Source: a virus
Taxonomy: Duplodnaviria > Heunggongvirae > Uroviricota > Caudoviricetes
Virus record (IMG/VR): IMGVR_UViG_2541047946_000010
Strand: one strand, 5' to 3'
Length of the DNA: 16,076 nucleotides
Both the position numbers and the translations under genes were made by a program. Shown piece by piece: positions 7,666 through 16,076 of the stretch. The notes under the pieces are model-generated. The model was given only the letters and a program-made list of their open reading frames with translations, made no database searches and had not been told where the DNA came from. The first letter of the stretch is position 1, and each line of letters starts with the position of its first letter.

Positions 7666-8009
7666 CAATGGATTATTCACAGTTAAGTGATTTTGAAATT
7701 AACAGAATGGTAGGAGACATAATTTTTAAAGGCCTTTGGGCAAGTAAACCGGAAACATCAGGGAATAACACCAACAAATGGTATTACGGAAATGCTGATA
7801 CAACTTTTGAGCCATTAAATCATTTGCCTGACTACTGCAATGATCCGAGCGCTTCATGGCCGATTATTGAGAAATACAGGATTTCTATCTTAGACCAGTT
7901 AACTGAATGGTGTGTGGATGCAAAAGGCGTAAGCCCAATATTTGATACCAGACCTCTCCGCGCCGCCATGATTGTCTTTCTCCTGATGCAGGAGGCCAAT
8001 AATGCTTAG
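7662..8009 (+). CDS. Hypothetical acidic protein of unknown function (nin-region accessory ORF)
   Basis: 115 aa from ATG 7662, overlapping the ninE stop ([26 protein letters not shown]...); translational coupling with neighbours argues for a real gene; no recognisable motif; lambda has no counterpart between ninE and ninF. Confidence 0.6.
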   Translation: MTMDYSQLSDFEINRMVGDIIFKGLWASKPETSGNNTNKWYYGNADTTFEPLNHLPDYCNDPSASWPIIEKYRISILDQLTEWCVDAKGVSPIFDTRPLRAAMIVFLLMQEANNA

Positions 8010-8196
8010 CCCATCTCAATCCCTTCAATACCTGAAAGAAAGCATAGAGCGGGCTTCAATGTGCACAGAGTGGATTCTATCTAGGTTTAGCGCATACAGA
8101 AGATTGCCGGTAAAGGGCATGCCAAGCAAGTCGATGCTGCATATGCAAAAGAATGCGCGCTGGAAGGTATGGCGAGAACACAGGTTATGTGGCTAA
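8002..8196 (+). CDS. NinF-like small protein with divergent C-terminus (possible mosaic or frameshifted remnant)
   Basis: 64-aa ORF; the first ~18 residues ([18 protein letters not shown]) resemble lambda NinF, the rest does not; a different frame over 8091-8216 encodes ...[28 protein letters not shown], which I recall as the C-terminus of DLP12 YbcO (DUF1364). Confidence 0.4.
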   Translation: MLSPSQSLQYLKESIERASMCTEWILSRFSAYRRLPVKGMPSKSMLHMQKNARWKVWREHRLCG

Positions 8197-8215
8197 AAGA
8201 GGGGGTTATTAAGGC

Positions 8216-8578
8216 GTGAATACCTACAGCATCACATTACCCTGGCCTCCGAGCAATAATCGCTATTACCGCCATAATCGCGGGCGCACGCACGTCAGCG
8301 CAGAGGGGCAGGCATACCGCGATAACGTCGCCCGAATCATTAAAAACGCAATGCTGGATATCGGCCTGGCTATGCCTGTGAAAATCCGCATTGAGTGCCA
8401 CATGCCGGATCGCCGTCGCCGTGACCTGGATAATCTGCAAAAAGCCGCTTTTGACGCACTCACTAAAGCAGGTTTCTGGCTGGATGATGCTCAGGTCGTT
8501 GATTACCGCGTTGTGAAGATGCCTGTTACCAAAGGTGGGAGGCTGGAACTGACCATCACCGAAATGGGGAATGAATGA
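8216..8578 (+). CDS. rusA: Holliday-junction resolvase RusA
   Basis: 120-aa ORF with GTG start, [41 protein letters not shown]..., recognised as RusA of DLP12/phage 82 type; it occupies the place of ninG/rap in lambda. Confidence 0.93.
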   Translation: MNTYSITLPWPPSNNRYYRHNRGRTHVSAEGQAYRDNVARIIKNAMLDIGLAMPVKIRIECHMPDRRRRDLDNLQKAAFDALTKAGFWLDDAQVVDYRVVKMPVTKGGRLELTITEMGNE

Positions 8579-8715
8579 TGTTTGAGTTTAATATGGCAGA
8601 ACTTCTTCGCCACCGCTGGGGGCGTCTGCGCTTATATCGTTTCCCCGGTTCTGTTTTGACCGATTACCGAATACTGAAGAATTACGCCAAAACCCTGACA
8701 GGAACAGGAGTATGA
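8575..8715 (+). CDS. ylcG: Small protein YlcG-like (46 aa)
   Basis: Hand translation from ATG 8575 gives [46 protein letters not shown], stop at 8713-8715; overlaps the rusA stop; matches my recollection of DLP12 YlcG; below the ORF-track cut-off. Confidence 0.6.
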   Translation: MMFEFNMAELLRHRWGRLRLYRFPGSVLTDYRILKNYAKTLTGTGV

Positions 8716-8800
8716 AGTCAGAGATAACAATCAACTAATACTGTTTTGTTGATTTTTGCTTGTAATTGGCGTTCTGGTCTGATTTTTGTGGAGTAAGTTG

Positions 8801-9184
8801 ATGCGTGATATTCAGATGGTTCTTGAGCGTTGGGGTGCGTGGGCGGCTAATAATCATGAAGATGTGACCTGGTCGTCCATTGCCGCCGGTTTTAAGGGAT
8901 TAATTCCTTCAAAAGTAAAATCTCGCCCGCAATGTTGTGACGATGACGCGATGATCATTTGCGGGTGCATGGCCCGTCTGAAAAAGAACAACAGCGATTT
9001 ACACGATTTATTAGTAGATTATTATGTATGTGGTATGACATTCATGTCACTGGCAAGTAAGCATTGCTGCTCGGATGGTTATATCGGGAAAAGGTTACAG
9101 AAGGCTGAGGGCATAATTGAAGGGATGTTAATGGCATTAGATATCCGGTTAGATATGGATATCGTTGCTAATAATTCTAATTGA
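8801..9184 (+). CDS. Q: Late-gene antiterminator Q (short QuuD/phage-21-like type)
   Basis: 127 aa from ATG 8801 with GGAG 7 nt upstream ([24 protein letters not shown]... with Cys-rich [12 protein letters not shown]); the ORF-track start at 8786 is a TTG extension; lies immediately upstream of the late promoter region and lysis genes. Confidence 0.85.
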   Translation: MRDIQMVLERWGAWAANNHEDVTWSSIAAGFKGLIPSKVKSRPQCCDDDAMIICGCMARLKKNNSDLHDLLVDYYVCGMTFMSLASKHCCSDGYIGKRLQKAEGIIEGMLMALDIRLDMDIVANNSN

Positions 9185-9202
9185 TATGCAATTGTTTACT
9201 AA

Positions 9203-9235
9203 AAGTTATTAAAAATGGGGCGTGGAAACGCCCCC
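9203..9235 (-). terminator. Intrinsic terminator on minus strand, likely 3' end of the porin transcript
   Basis: Minus-strand RNA would read GGGGCG-UUUCCA-CGCCCC followed by AUUUUUAAUAACUUUU. Confidence 0.45.
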
Positions 9236-9321
9236 AAAATAAAGGGTAATATATAACAGAAGGTTTATATAGTAAGAAGCAAGGTAGTGCTTCTAAAGGA
9301 AGTGGCTTGAGGGCTCCACTT

Positions 9322-9361
9322 ATATGTTGCGGAGGCAAAGCCTCCCGCAACATATCTTTTT
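9322..9361 (+). terminator. Intrinsic terminator on plus strand downstream of Q (tR'-like); also a 3' stem-loop of the convergent porin gene
   Basis: ATATGTTGCGGAGGC-AAA-GCCTCCCGCAACATAT (about 15-bp stem with one bulge) followed by CTTTTT. Confidence 0.6.
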
Positions 9362-9372
9362 CGTAAGTCAGA

Positions 9373-10455
9373 TTAGAACTGATAAACCAGACCTACAGCG
9401 ACGATGTCGTCGGTATCAATACCAGCTGTTTTGGTAAACTTACTATCGTCAATTAAGTTGATTTTGTAATCAACAAAAGTAGACATGTTTTTATTAAAGT
9501 AGTAAGTAGCACCGACATCGACATACTTGACTAAGTCTCGGTCACCATGAACACCAAGGTCTTTACCTTTTGACTGAAGGTAAGCAACAGATGGGCGCAG
9601 ACCGAAGTCAAACTGATATTGTGCTACTGCTTCAAAGTTTTGTGCTTTGTTTGCAATATGGTTATTACCAAAAACGGTCATATTCTGAGTTTCAGAATAT
9701 GTGGTAGCCAGATAGATATTGTTCGCATCATATTTCAGGCCTGCAGCCCATACTTCCGCATTTTTGCCGGAGGCATTGAATTTGCTCTTACCATAGGCGA
9801 CCTGACCGTCAGTGCGATCTGATTTAGCATAGGTTGCACCCACGCCGAATCCTTCATACTCATAAGTAGTGGAGAAACCGAAACCATCACCATTGGCTTC
9901 AGTTACGTCAGTGCGGTCATTTTTACCCTGATACTGAGCAGCAAAGTTCAGGCCATCGACCAGACCAAAGAAGTCGTTGTTACGATAAGTTGCAACACCA
10001 GTAGTGCGACCAGTCATGAACACATCTGTTTGGGTCCAGGTATCACCACCGAATTCTGGCAGAACGTCAGTCCACGCACCGATGTCGTATGCTACACCGT
10101 AGTTACGGCCGTAATCGATGGAGCCGTAATCACCAAATTTCAGGCCTGCAAATGCAAGACGGGTTTTGTCTTTGGAAGAACCTTGAGATTCAGCACGGTT
10201 GCCTTTGAATTCATATTCCCACTGACCGAAACCAGTCAGTTGATCGTTGATTTGGGTTTCACCTTTGAAGCCAAGACGGGCATAAGTAGTATCACCATCA
10301 TCTGCATCATTAGAGGAGAAGTAGTGCTTGGCATTAACTTTCCCGTATAGATCCAGCTTGTTACTGTCTTTATTATAAATTTCAGCTGCCTGAGCAGACA
10401 TCGCCATCAGTACTGATGCAGCTACAGCAGAAATTGCCACTGTTAATTTTTTCAT
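9373..10455 (-). CDS. nmpC: Phage-borne OmpC-family general porin (NmpC/Lc-like moron)
   Basis: 360 aa from ATG 10455 with AAGGG ribosome-binding site; signal peptide [23 protein letters not shown] followed by [17 protein letters not shown]-terminal ...VGLVYQF with terminal Phe; classic 16-strand porin hallmarks; the upstream Met at 10515 lacks a ribosome-binding site and is rejected. Confidence 0.92.
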   Translation of the reverse strand: MKKLTVAISAVAASVLMAMSAQAAEIYNKDSNKLDLYGKVNAKHYFSSNDADDGDTTYARLGFKGETQINDQLTGFGQWEYEFKGNRAESQGSSKDKTRLAFAGLKFGDYGSIDYGRNYGVAYDIGAWTDVLPEFGGDTWTQTDVFMTGRTTGVATYRNNDFFGLVDGLNFAAQYQGKNDRTDVTEANGDGFGFSTTYEYEGFGVGATYAKSDRTDGQVAYGKSKFNASGKNAEVWAAGLKYDANNIYLATTYSETQNMTVFGNNHIANKAQNFEAVAQYQFDFGLRPSVAYLQSKGKDLGVHGDRDLVKYVDVGATYYFNKNMSTFVDYKINLIDDSKFTKTAGIDTDDIVAVGLVYQF

Positions 10456-10880
10456 TGTACGCCCTTTTTTTGAACTATTATTAAAAAATGATGTCACTGC
10501 GCGATAAATATTCATCTAATCAATGTGATTATTTCAAGATGTAAGTTTTAGTTTCTCATTTAATTTGTGAAGTAGATCTCTATTTTTATCTGAACCTTTT
10601 CTATCTAATCCTATTCATGGCTCTTGTCTGAACAAAAATAAATCTATTAGCTAATTTATATTAATGGCACTTATTTATAAGTGCTCTATAATTCTTTAGC
10701 TTAATTTAAACAAACTAAAAATAACATCGGAAATTATTAACTGATTATTTGTTGAAGTTTTCTTATGTATTTGTGGTGGTGTTTTGAACACTCGGTGGCA
10801 TTCTCACAAATATCATTTAGTAGTTTACGTACGTAAAAAATTGGTTATGCTGTTAAGAGTGGTTACTTCGTCACACAGCT
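10456..10880 (-). promoter_or_regulatory. AT-rich porin upstream regulatory region (promoter not precisely mapped)
   Basis: About 425 bp of visibly AT-rich non-coding DNA upstream of the porin start, contrasting with flanking phage genes; typical of horizontally acquired morons and of porin control regions. Confidence 0.35.
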
Positions 10881-10881
10881 T

Positions 10882-10912
10882 AAACCCGCCGTCGAGCGGG
10901 TTTTTCCATTTT
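10882..10912 (+). terminator. Intrinsic terminator on plus strand upstream of the lysis cassette
   Basis: AAACCCGC-CGTCGA-GCGGGTTT followed by TTCCATTTTTT. Confidence 0.5.
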
Positions 10913-11043
10913 TTGAGTCTCGATATTAGCTGATAACCCAATACCTGAGTTATTCACTGACTCCGAATCTGTTACGTTTCTGCCTTTATTGCGATACGTA
11001 ATATCCCCTTAATTTACACCCGCTTTGTCTGCGAGGTGGGGTT

Positions 11044-11259
11044 ATGAAATCCATGGATAAGTTAACAACGGGTGTCGCCTATGGCACCTCAGCAGGTAGT
11101 GCCGGTTACTGGTTTTTACAGCTGCTCGATAAAGTCACGCCCTCACAGTGGGCAGCAATAGGTGTGCTGGGTAGCCTGGTATTTGGCCTGCTGACGTACC
11201 TGACAAACCTTTATTTCAAGATTAAAGAAGATAAGCGCAAGGCTGCGAGAGGTGAATAA
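11044..11259 (+). CDS. S: Class II holin (pinholin, phage 21 S type) with dual-start motif
   Basis: 71 aa, [26 protein letters not shown]...; Met1-Lys-Ser-Met4 dual start; two hydrophobic segments; GAGGTGG ribosome-binding site; recognised as the S21/EssD family. Confidence 0.9.
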
Positions 11260-11756
11260 TGCCTCCATCATTACGAAAAGCCGTTGCTGCTGCTATTGGT
11301 GGCGGAGCAATTGCTATAGCATCAGTGTTAATCACTGGCCCAAGTGGTAACGATGGTCTGGAAGGTGTCAGCTACATACCATACAAAGATATTGTTGGTG
11401 TATGGACTGTATGTCACGGGCATACAGGAAAAGACATCATGCTCGGTAAAACGTATACCAAAGCAGAATGCAAAGCCCTCCTGAATAAAGACCTTGCCAC
11501 GGTCGCCAGACAAATTAACCCGTACATCAAAGTCGATATACCGGAAACAATGCGCGGCGCTCTTTACTCATTCGTTTACAACGTGGGTGCTGGCAATTTC
11601 AGAACATCGACGCTTCTTCGCAAAATAAACCAGGGCGATATCAAAGGCGCATGTGATCAGCTACGTCGCTGGACATATGCTGGCGGTAAGCAATGGAAAG
11701 GTCTCATGACTCGTCGTGAGATTGAGCGTGAAATCTGTTTGTGGGGTCAGCAATGA
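11259..11756 (+). CDS. R: SAR endolysin (T4-lysozyme-like muramidase with N-terminal signal-arrest-release domain)
   Basis: 165 aa; Gly/Ala-rich N-terminal transmembrane segment [20 protein letters not shown]; catalytic E-x8-D-x5-T pattern in [18 protein letters not shown]; start overlaps the holin stop (TAATG). Confidence 0.9.
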   Translation: MPPSLRKAVAAAIGGGAIAIASVLITGPSGNDGLEGVSYIPYKDIVGVWTVCHGHTGKDIMLGKTYTKAECKALLNKDLATVARQINPYIKVDIPETMRGALYSFVYNVGAGNFRTSTLLRKINQGDIKGACDQLRRWTYAGGKQWKGLMTRREIEREICLWGQQ

Positions 11757-12214
11757 ACAGAGTAACCGCGATTATCTCCGCTCTGGTTATCTGCATCATC
11801 GTCTGCCTGTCATGGGCTGTTAATCATTACCGTGATAACGCCATTACCTACAAAGCCCAGCGCGACAAAAATGCCAGAGAACTGAAGCTGGCGAACGCGG
11901 CAATTACTGACATGCAGATGCGTCAGCGTGATGTTGCTGCGCTCGATGCAAAATACACGAAGGAGTTAGCTGATGCGAAAGCTGAAAATGATGCTCTGCG
12001 TGATGATGTTGCCGCTGGTCGTCGTCGGTTGCACATCAAAGCAGTCTGTCAGTCAGTGCGTGAAGCCACCACCGCCTCCGGCGTGGATAATGCAGCCTCC
12101 CCCCGACTGGCAGACACCGCTGAACGGGATTATTTCACCCTCAGAGAGAGGCTGATCACTATGCAAAAACAACTGGAAGGAACCCAGAAGTATATTAATG
12201 AGCAGTGCAGATAG
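11753..12214 (+). CDS. Rz: Rz inner-membrane spanin
   Basis: 153 aa from ATG 11753, overlapping the endolysin stop; N-terminal transmembrane segment, coiled-coil-like middle; recognised as lambda-type Rz. Confidence 0.88.
   Translation: MNRVTAIISALVICIIVCLSWAVNHYRDNAITYKAQRDKNARELKLANAAITDMQMRQRDVAALDAKYTKELADAKAENDALRDDVAAGRRRLHIKAVCQSVREATTASGVDNAASPRLADTAERDYFTLRERLITMQKQLEGTQKYINEQCR
11973..12155 (+). CDS. Rz1: Rz1 outer-membrane lipoprotein spanin, embedded in the +1 frame of Rz
   Basis: 60 aa [20 protein letters not shown]... with lipobox VVGC and proline-rich mature part ([16 protein letters not shown]); lies entirely inside Rz. Confidence 0.82.
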   Translation: MRKLKMMLCVMMLPLVVVGCTSKQSVSQCVKPPPPPAWIMQPPPDWQTPLNGIISPSERG

Positions 12215-12245
12215 AGCTGCCCATATCGATGGGCAACTCATGCAA

Positions 12246-12539
12246 TTATTGTGAGCAATACACACGCGCTTCCAGCGGAGTATAAATGCCTAAAGTAATA
12301 AAACCGAGAAATCCATTTACGAATGTTTGCTGGGTTTCTGTTTTAACAACATTTTCTGCGCCGCCACAAATTTTGGCTGCATCAACAGTTTTCTCCTGTC
12401 CAATTCCCGAAACGAAGAAATGATGGGTGATGGTTTCCTTTGGTGTTACTGCTGTCGGTTTGTTTCCAACAGTAAACGTCTGTTGAGCACATCCTGTAAT
12501 AAGCATTGCCAGAGCGGCAGAAAACAACATTTTTTTCAT
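12246..12539 (-). CDS. bor: Bor lipoprotein (serum-resistance-associated)
   Basis: 97 aa from ATG 12539 (MKKMLFSAALAMLITGCAQQTFTV...), lipobox ITGC; recognised as lambda Bor; the ORF-track start at 12587 is an upstream extension. Confidence 0.9.
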   Translation of the reverse strand: MKKMLFSAALAMLITGCAQQTFTVGNKPTAVTPKETITHHFFVSGIGQEKTVDAAKICGGAENVVKTETQQTFVNGFLGFITLGIYTPLEARVYCSQ

Positions 12540-12655
12540 CTTATTATCCTGCATTGTTAAAAACGGCAGAATCCTATGTGACAACAATTAAACGATAGTT
12601 AAATGGATTGATGAAAATTAAAACTATATAGGTGGATGCTCAGCCTATTGGAGGA

Positions 12656-12664
12656 GGGGGGGGG
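12656..12664. repeat. G9 homopolymer tract within a purine-rich run (GGAGGAGGGGGGGGG)
   Basis: Nine consecutive G at 12656-12664, about 117 bp upstream of the bor start codon, in non-coding DNA. Confidence 0.9.
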
Positions 12665-12901
12665 CACTCAGAATCCTGTGGAATGAAATAAACCGCTCTA
12701 TCTGTCCATTACCCTTTTAGCTGCGCTGTATCGTCGCCGTATTCCCGCATTAACCATGACCGTAGCCCGACGGGGAATTCCTTCTGCGTGAGTGTGCGGG
12801 AATAATCAAAAACGATGCACACCGGGTTTTACTGTGCTGACAGACGCAGGGTTACCCTCATAGTCGCTTTTCCGGTGCGATGGTGGAAGAAACCGGGATG
12901 T

Positions 12902-13096
12902 TCATCCATCATCACTTTGGATTGATGTATATGCTCTCTTTTCTGACGTTAGTCTCCGACGGCAGGCTTCAATGACCCAGGCTGAGAAATTCCCAGACCC
13001 TTTTTGCTCAAGAGCGATGTTAATTTGTTCAATCATTTGGTTAGGAAAGCGGATGTTGCGGGTTGTTGTTCTGCGGGTTCTGTTCTTCGTTGACAT
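12902..13096 (-). CDS. Small basic protein, probable ribbon-helix-helix DNA binder (YlcI/DUF3950-like)
   Basis: 64-aa ORF MSTKNRTRRTTTRNIRFPNQMIEQINIALEQKGSGNFSAWVIEACRRRL...; basic N-terminus followed by an RHH-like strand-helix pattern; lies just upstream of cos on the opposite strand. Confidence 0.6.
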   Translation of the reverse strand: MSTKNRTRRTTTRNIRFPNQMIEQINIALEQKGSGNFSAWVIEACRRRLTSEKRAYTSIQSDDG

Positions 13097-13249
13097 GAGG
13101 TTGCCCCGTATTCAGTGTCGCTGATTTGTATTGTCTGAAGTTGTTTTTACGTTAAGTTGATGCAGATCAATTAATATGATACCTGCGTCATAATTGATTA
13201 TTTGACGTGGTTTGATGGCGTAGATGCACGTTGTGACATGCAGATGATA

Positions 13250-13470
13250 ATTATTATCATTTTGCGGGTCCTTTCCGGCGATCCGACAGGTTACGGGGCG
13301 GCGACCTCGCGGGTTTTCGCTATTTATGAAAATTTTCCGGTTTAAGGCGTTTCCGTTCTTCTTCGTCATAACTTAATGTTTTTATTTAAAATACCCTCTG
13401 AAAAGAAAGGAAACGACAGGTGCTGAAAGCGAGCTTTTTGGCCTCTGTCGTTTCCTTTCTCTGTTTTTGT
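13250..13470. other. cos: Cohesive end site cos: cosQ, cosN (GGGCGGCGACCT at 13296-13307) and cosB with three R elements
   Basis: Exact lambda 12-nt cohesive-end sequence preceded by ...CCGACAGGTTACG; downstream heptamers CGTTTCC (13348), GGAAACG (13409, inverted) and CGTTTCC (13449) match the R3/R2/R1 layout, with an AT-rich IHF-like tract between the first two. Confidence 0.88.
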
Positions 13471-13484
13471 CCGTGGAATGAACA

Positions 13485-14004
13485 ATGGAAGTCAACAAAA
13501 AGCAGCTGGCTGACATTTTCGGTGCGAGTATCCGTACCATTCAGAACTGGCAGGAACAGGGAATGCCCGTTCTGCGAGGCGGTGGCAAGGGTAATGAGGT
13601 GCTTTATGACTCTGCCGCCGTCATAAAATGGTATGCCGAAAGGGATGCTGAAATTGAGAACGAAAAGCTGCGCCGGGAAGTTGAAGAACTGCGGCAGGCC
13701 AGCGAGACAGATCTCCAGCCAGGGACTATTGAGTACGAACGCCACCGACTTACGCGTGCACAGGCCGACGCACAGGAGCTGAAAAATGCCAGAGACTCCG
13801 CTGAAGTGGTGGAAACCGCATTCTGTACTTTCGTGCTGTCGCGGATCGCAGGTGAAATTGCCAGTATTCTCGACGGGATCCCCCTGTCGGTGCAGCGGCG
13901 TTTTCCGGAACTGGAAAACCGACATGTTGATTTCCTGAAACGGGATATCATCAAAGCCATGAACAAAGCAGCCGCGCTGGATGAACTGATACCGGGGTTG
14001 CTGA

Positions 14005-14030
<26 letters not shown>
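13485..14030 (+). CDS. Nu1: Terminase small subunit Nu1
   Basis: 181-aa ORF MEVNKKQLADIFGASIRTIQNWQEQGMPVLRGGGKGNEVLYD... recognised as lambda Nu1 (winged-HTH N-terminus). Confidence 0.97.

Positions 14031-16076
<2,046 letters not shown>

Larger units (their letters stand above)
9203..9372 (-). ncRNA. Porin 3'UTR, candidate IpeX-like regulatory RNA
   Basis: About 170 nt of non-coding, strongly structured sequence between the porin stop (9373) and the minus-strand terminator; by analogy with the IpeX element reported in the nmpC/lc 3'UTR of DLP12 and PA-2. Sequence identity to ipeX was not verified. Confidence 0.3.

Noticed and set aside
8237-8463. Two minus-strand ORFs inside rusA
   Set aside because: Antisense to a confidently identified gene.
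9619-10350. Plus-strand ORFs of 67 and 106 aa inside the porin gene
   Set aside because: Antisense to the porin; would lie on the late transcript but have no ribosome-binding site and unremarkable sequence.
10456-10515. Upstream Met ([11 protein letters not shown]...) extending the porin by 20 residues
   Set aside because: No ribosome-binding site and it would place extra residues before the signal peptide; the internal ATG at 10455 has AAGGG and a canonical signal peptide.
11328-12265. Minus-strand ORFs at 11328-11513 and 12053-12265
   Set aside because: Antisense to the endolysin and Rz genes.
12327-12560. 77-aa plus-strand ORF overlapping bor
   Set aside because: Antisense to bor; Cys-rich low-complexity translation.
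12656-12664. G-tract as a G-quadruplex
   Set aside because: Only one long G-run; a canonical quadruplex needs four runs, so slipped-strand variation is the more defensible interpretation.
13112-13369. 85-aa minus-strand ORF spanning cosN
   Set aside because: Runs across the cos site, which is non-coding in lambda; low-complexity translation.

Overview
This window is the left junction and about 14.7 kb of a mosaic, defective lambdoid prophage integrated at the E. coli lambda attachment site. All protein identities below come from reading the ORF translations and recognising them from memory; no database search was run. Order of features: host ybhC (minus strand, complete), attL with the 15-bp core GCTTTTTTATACTAA, lambda-type int and xis, a 55-aa ORF and ea8.5, then a 1310-bp IS629-like IS3-family element. 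The IS abuts codon ~21 of replication gene O, so the whole early/immunity region expected in lambda (ea22, exo-bet-gam, kil, cIII, N, rexAB, cI, cro, cII, start of O) is absent. Downstream are truncated O with intact ori iterons, P, ren, a tR2-like terminator, ninB, a phage Dam-like N6-adenine methyltransferase, ninE, an unknown acidic ORF, a ninF-like ORF, rusA, ylcG and a short Q antiterminator. An OmpC-family porin moron sits on the opposite strand between Q and the lysis genes. The lysis cassette is phage-21-like (dual-start holin, SAR endolysin, Rz with embedded Rz1), followed by bor, a small RHH-like ORF, cos, and terminase genes Nu1, A and the start of W. No tRNA, rRNA or CRISPR array was seen. 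I found no convincing novel multi-gene system; the most notable points are the IS-associated deletion that makes the prophage cryptic, the porin moron with a possible 3'UTR regulatory RNA, and several small mosaic junctions in the nin region.
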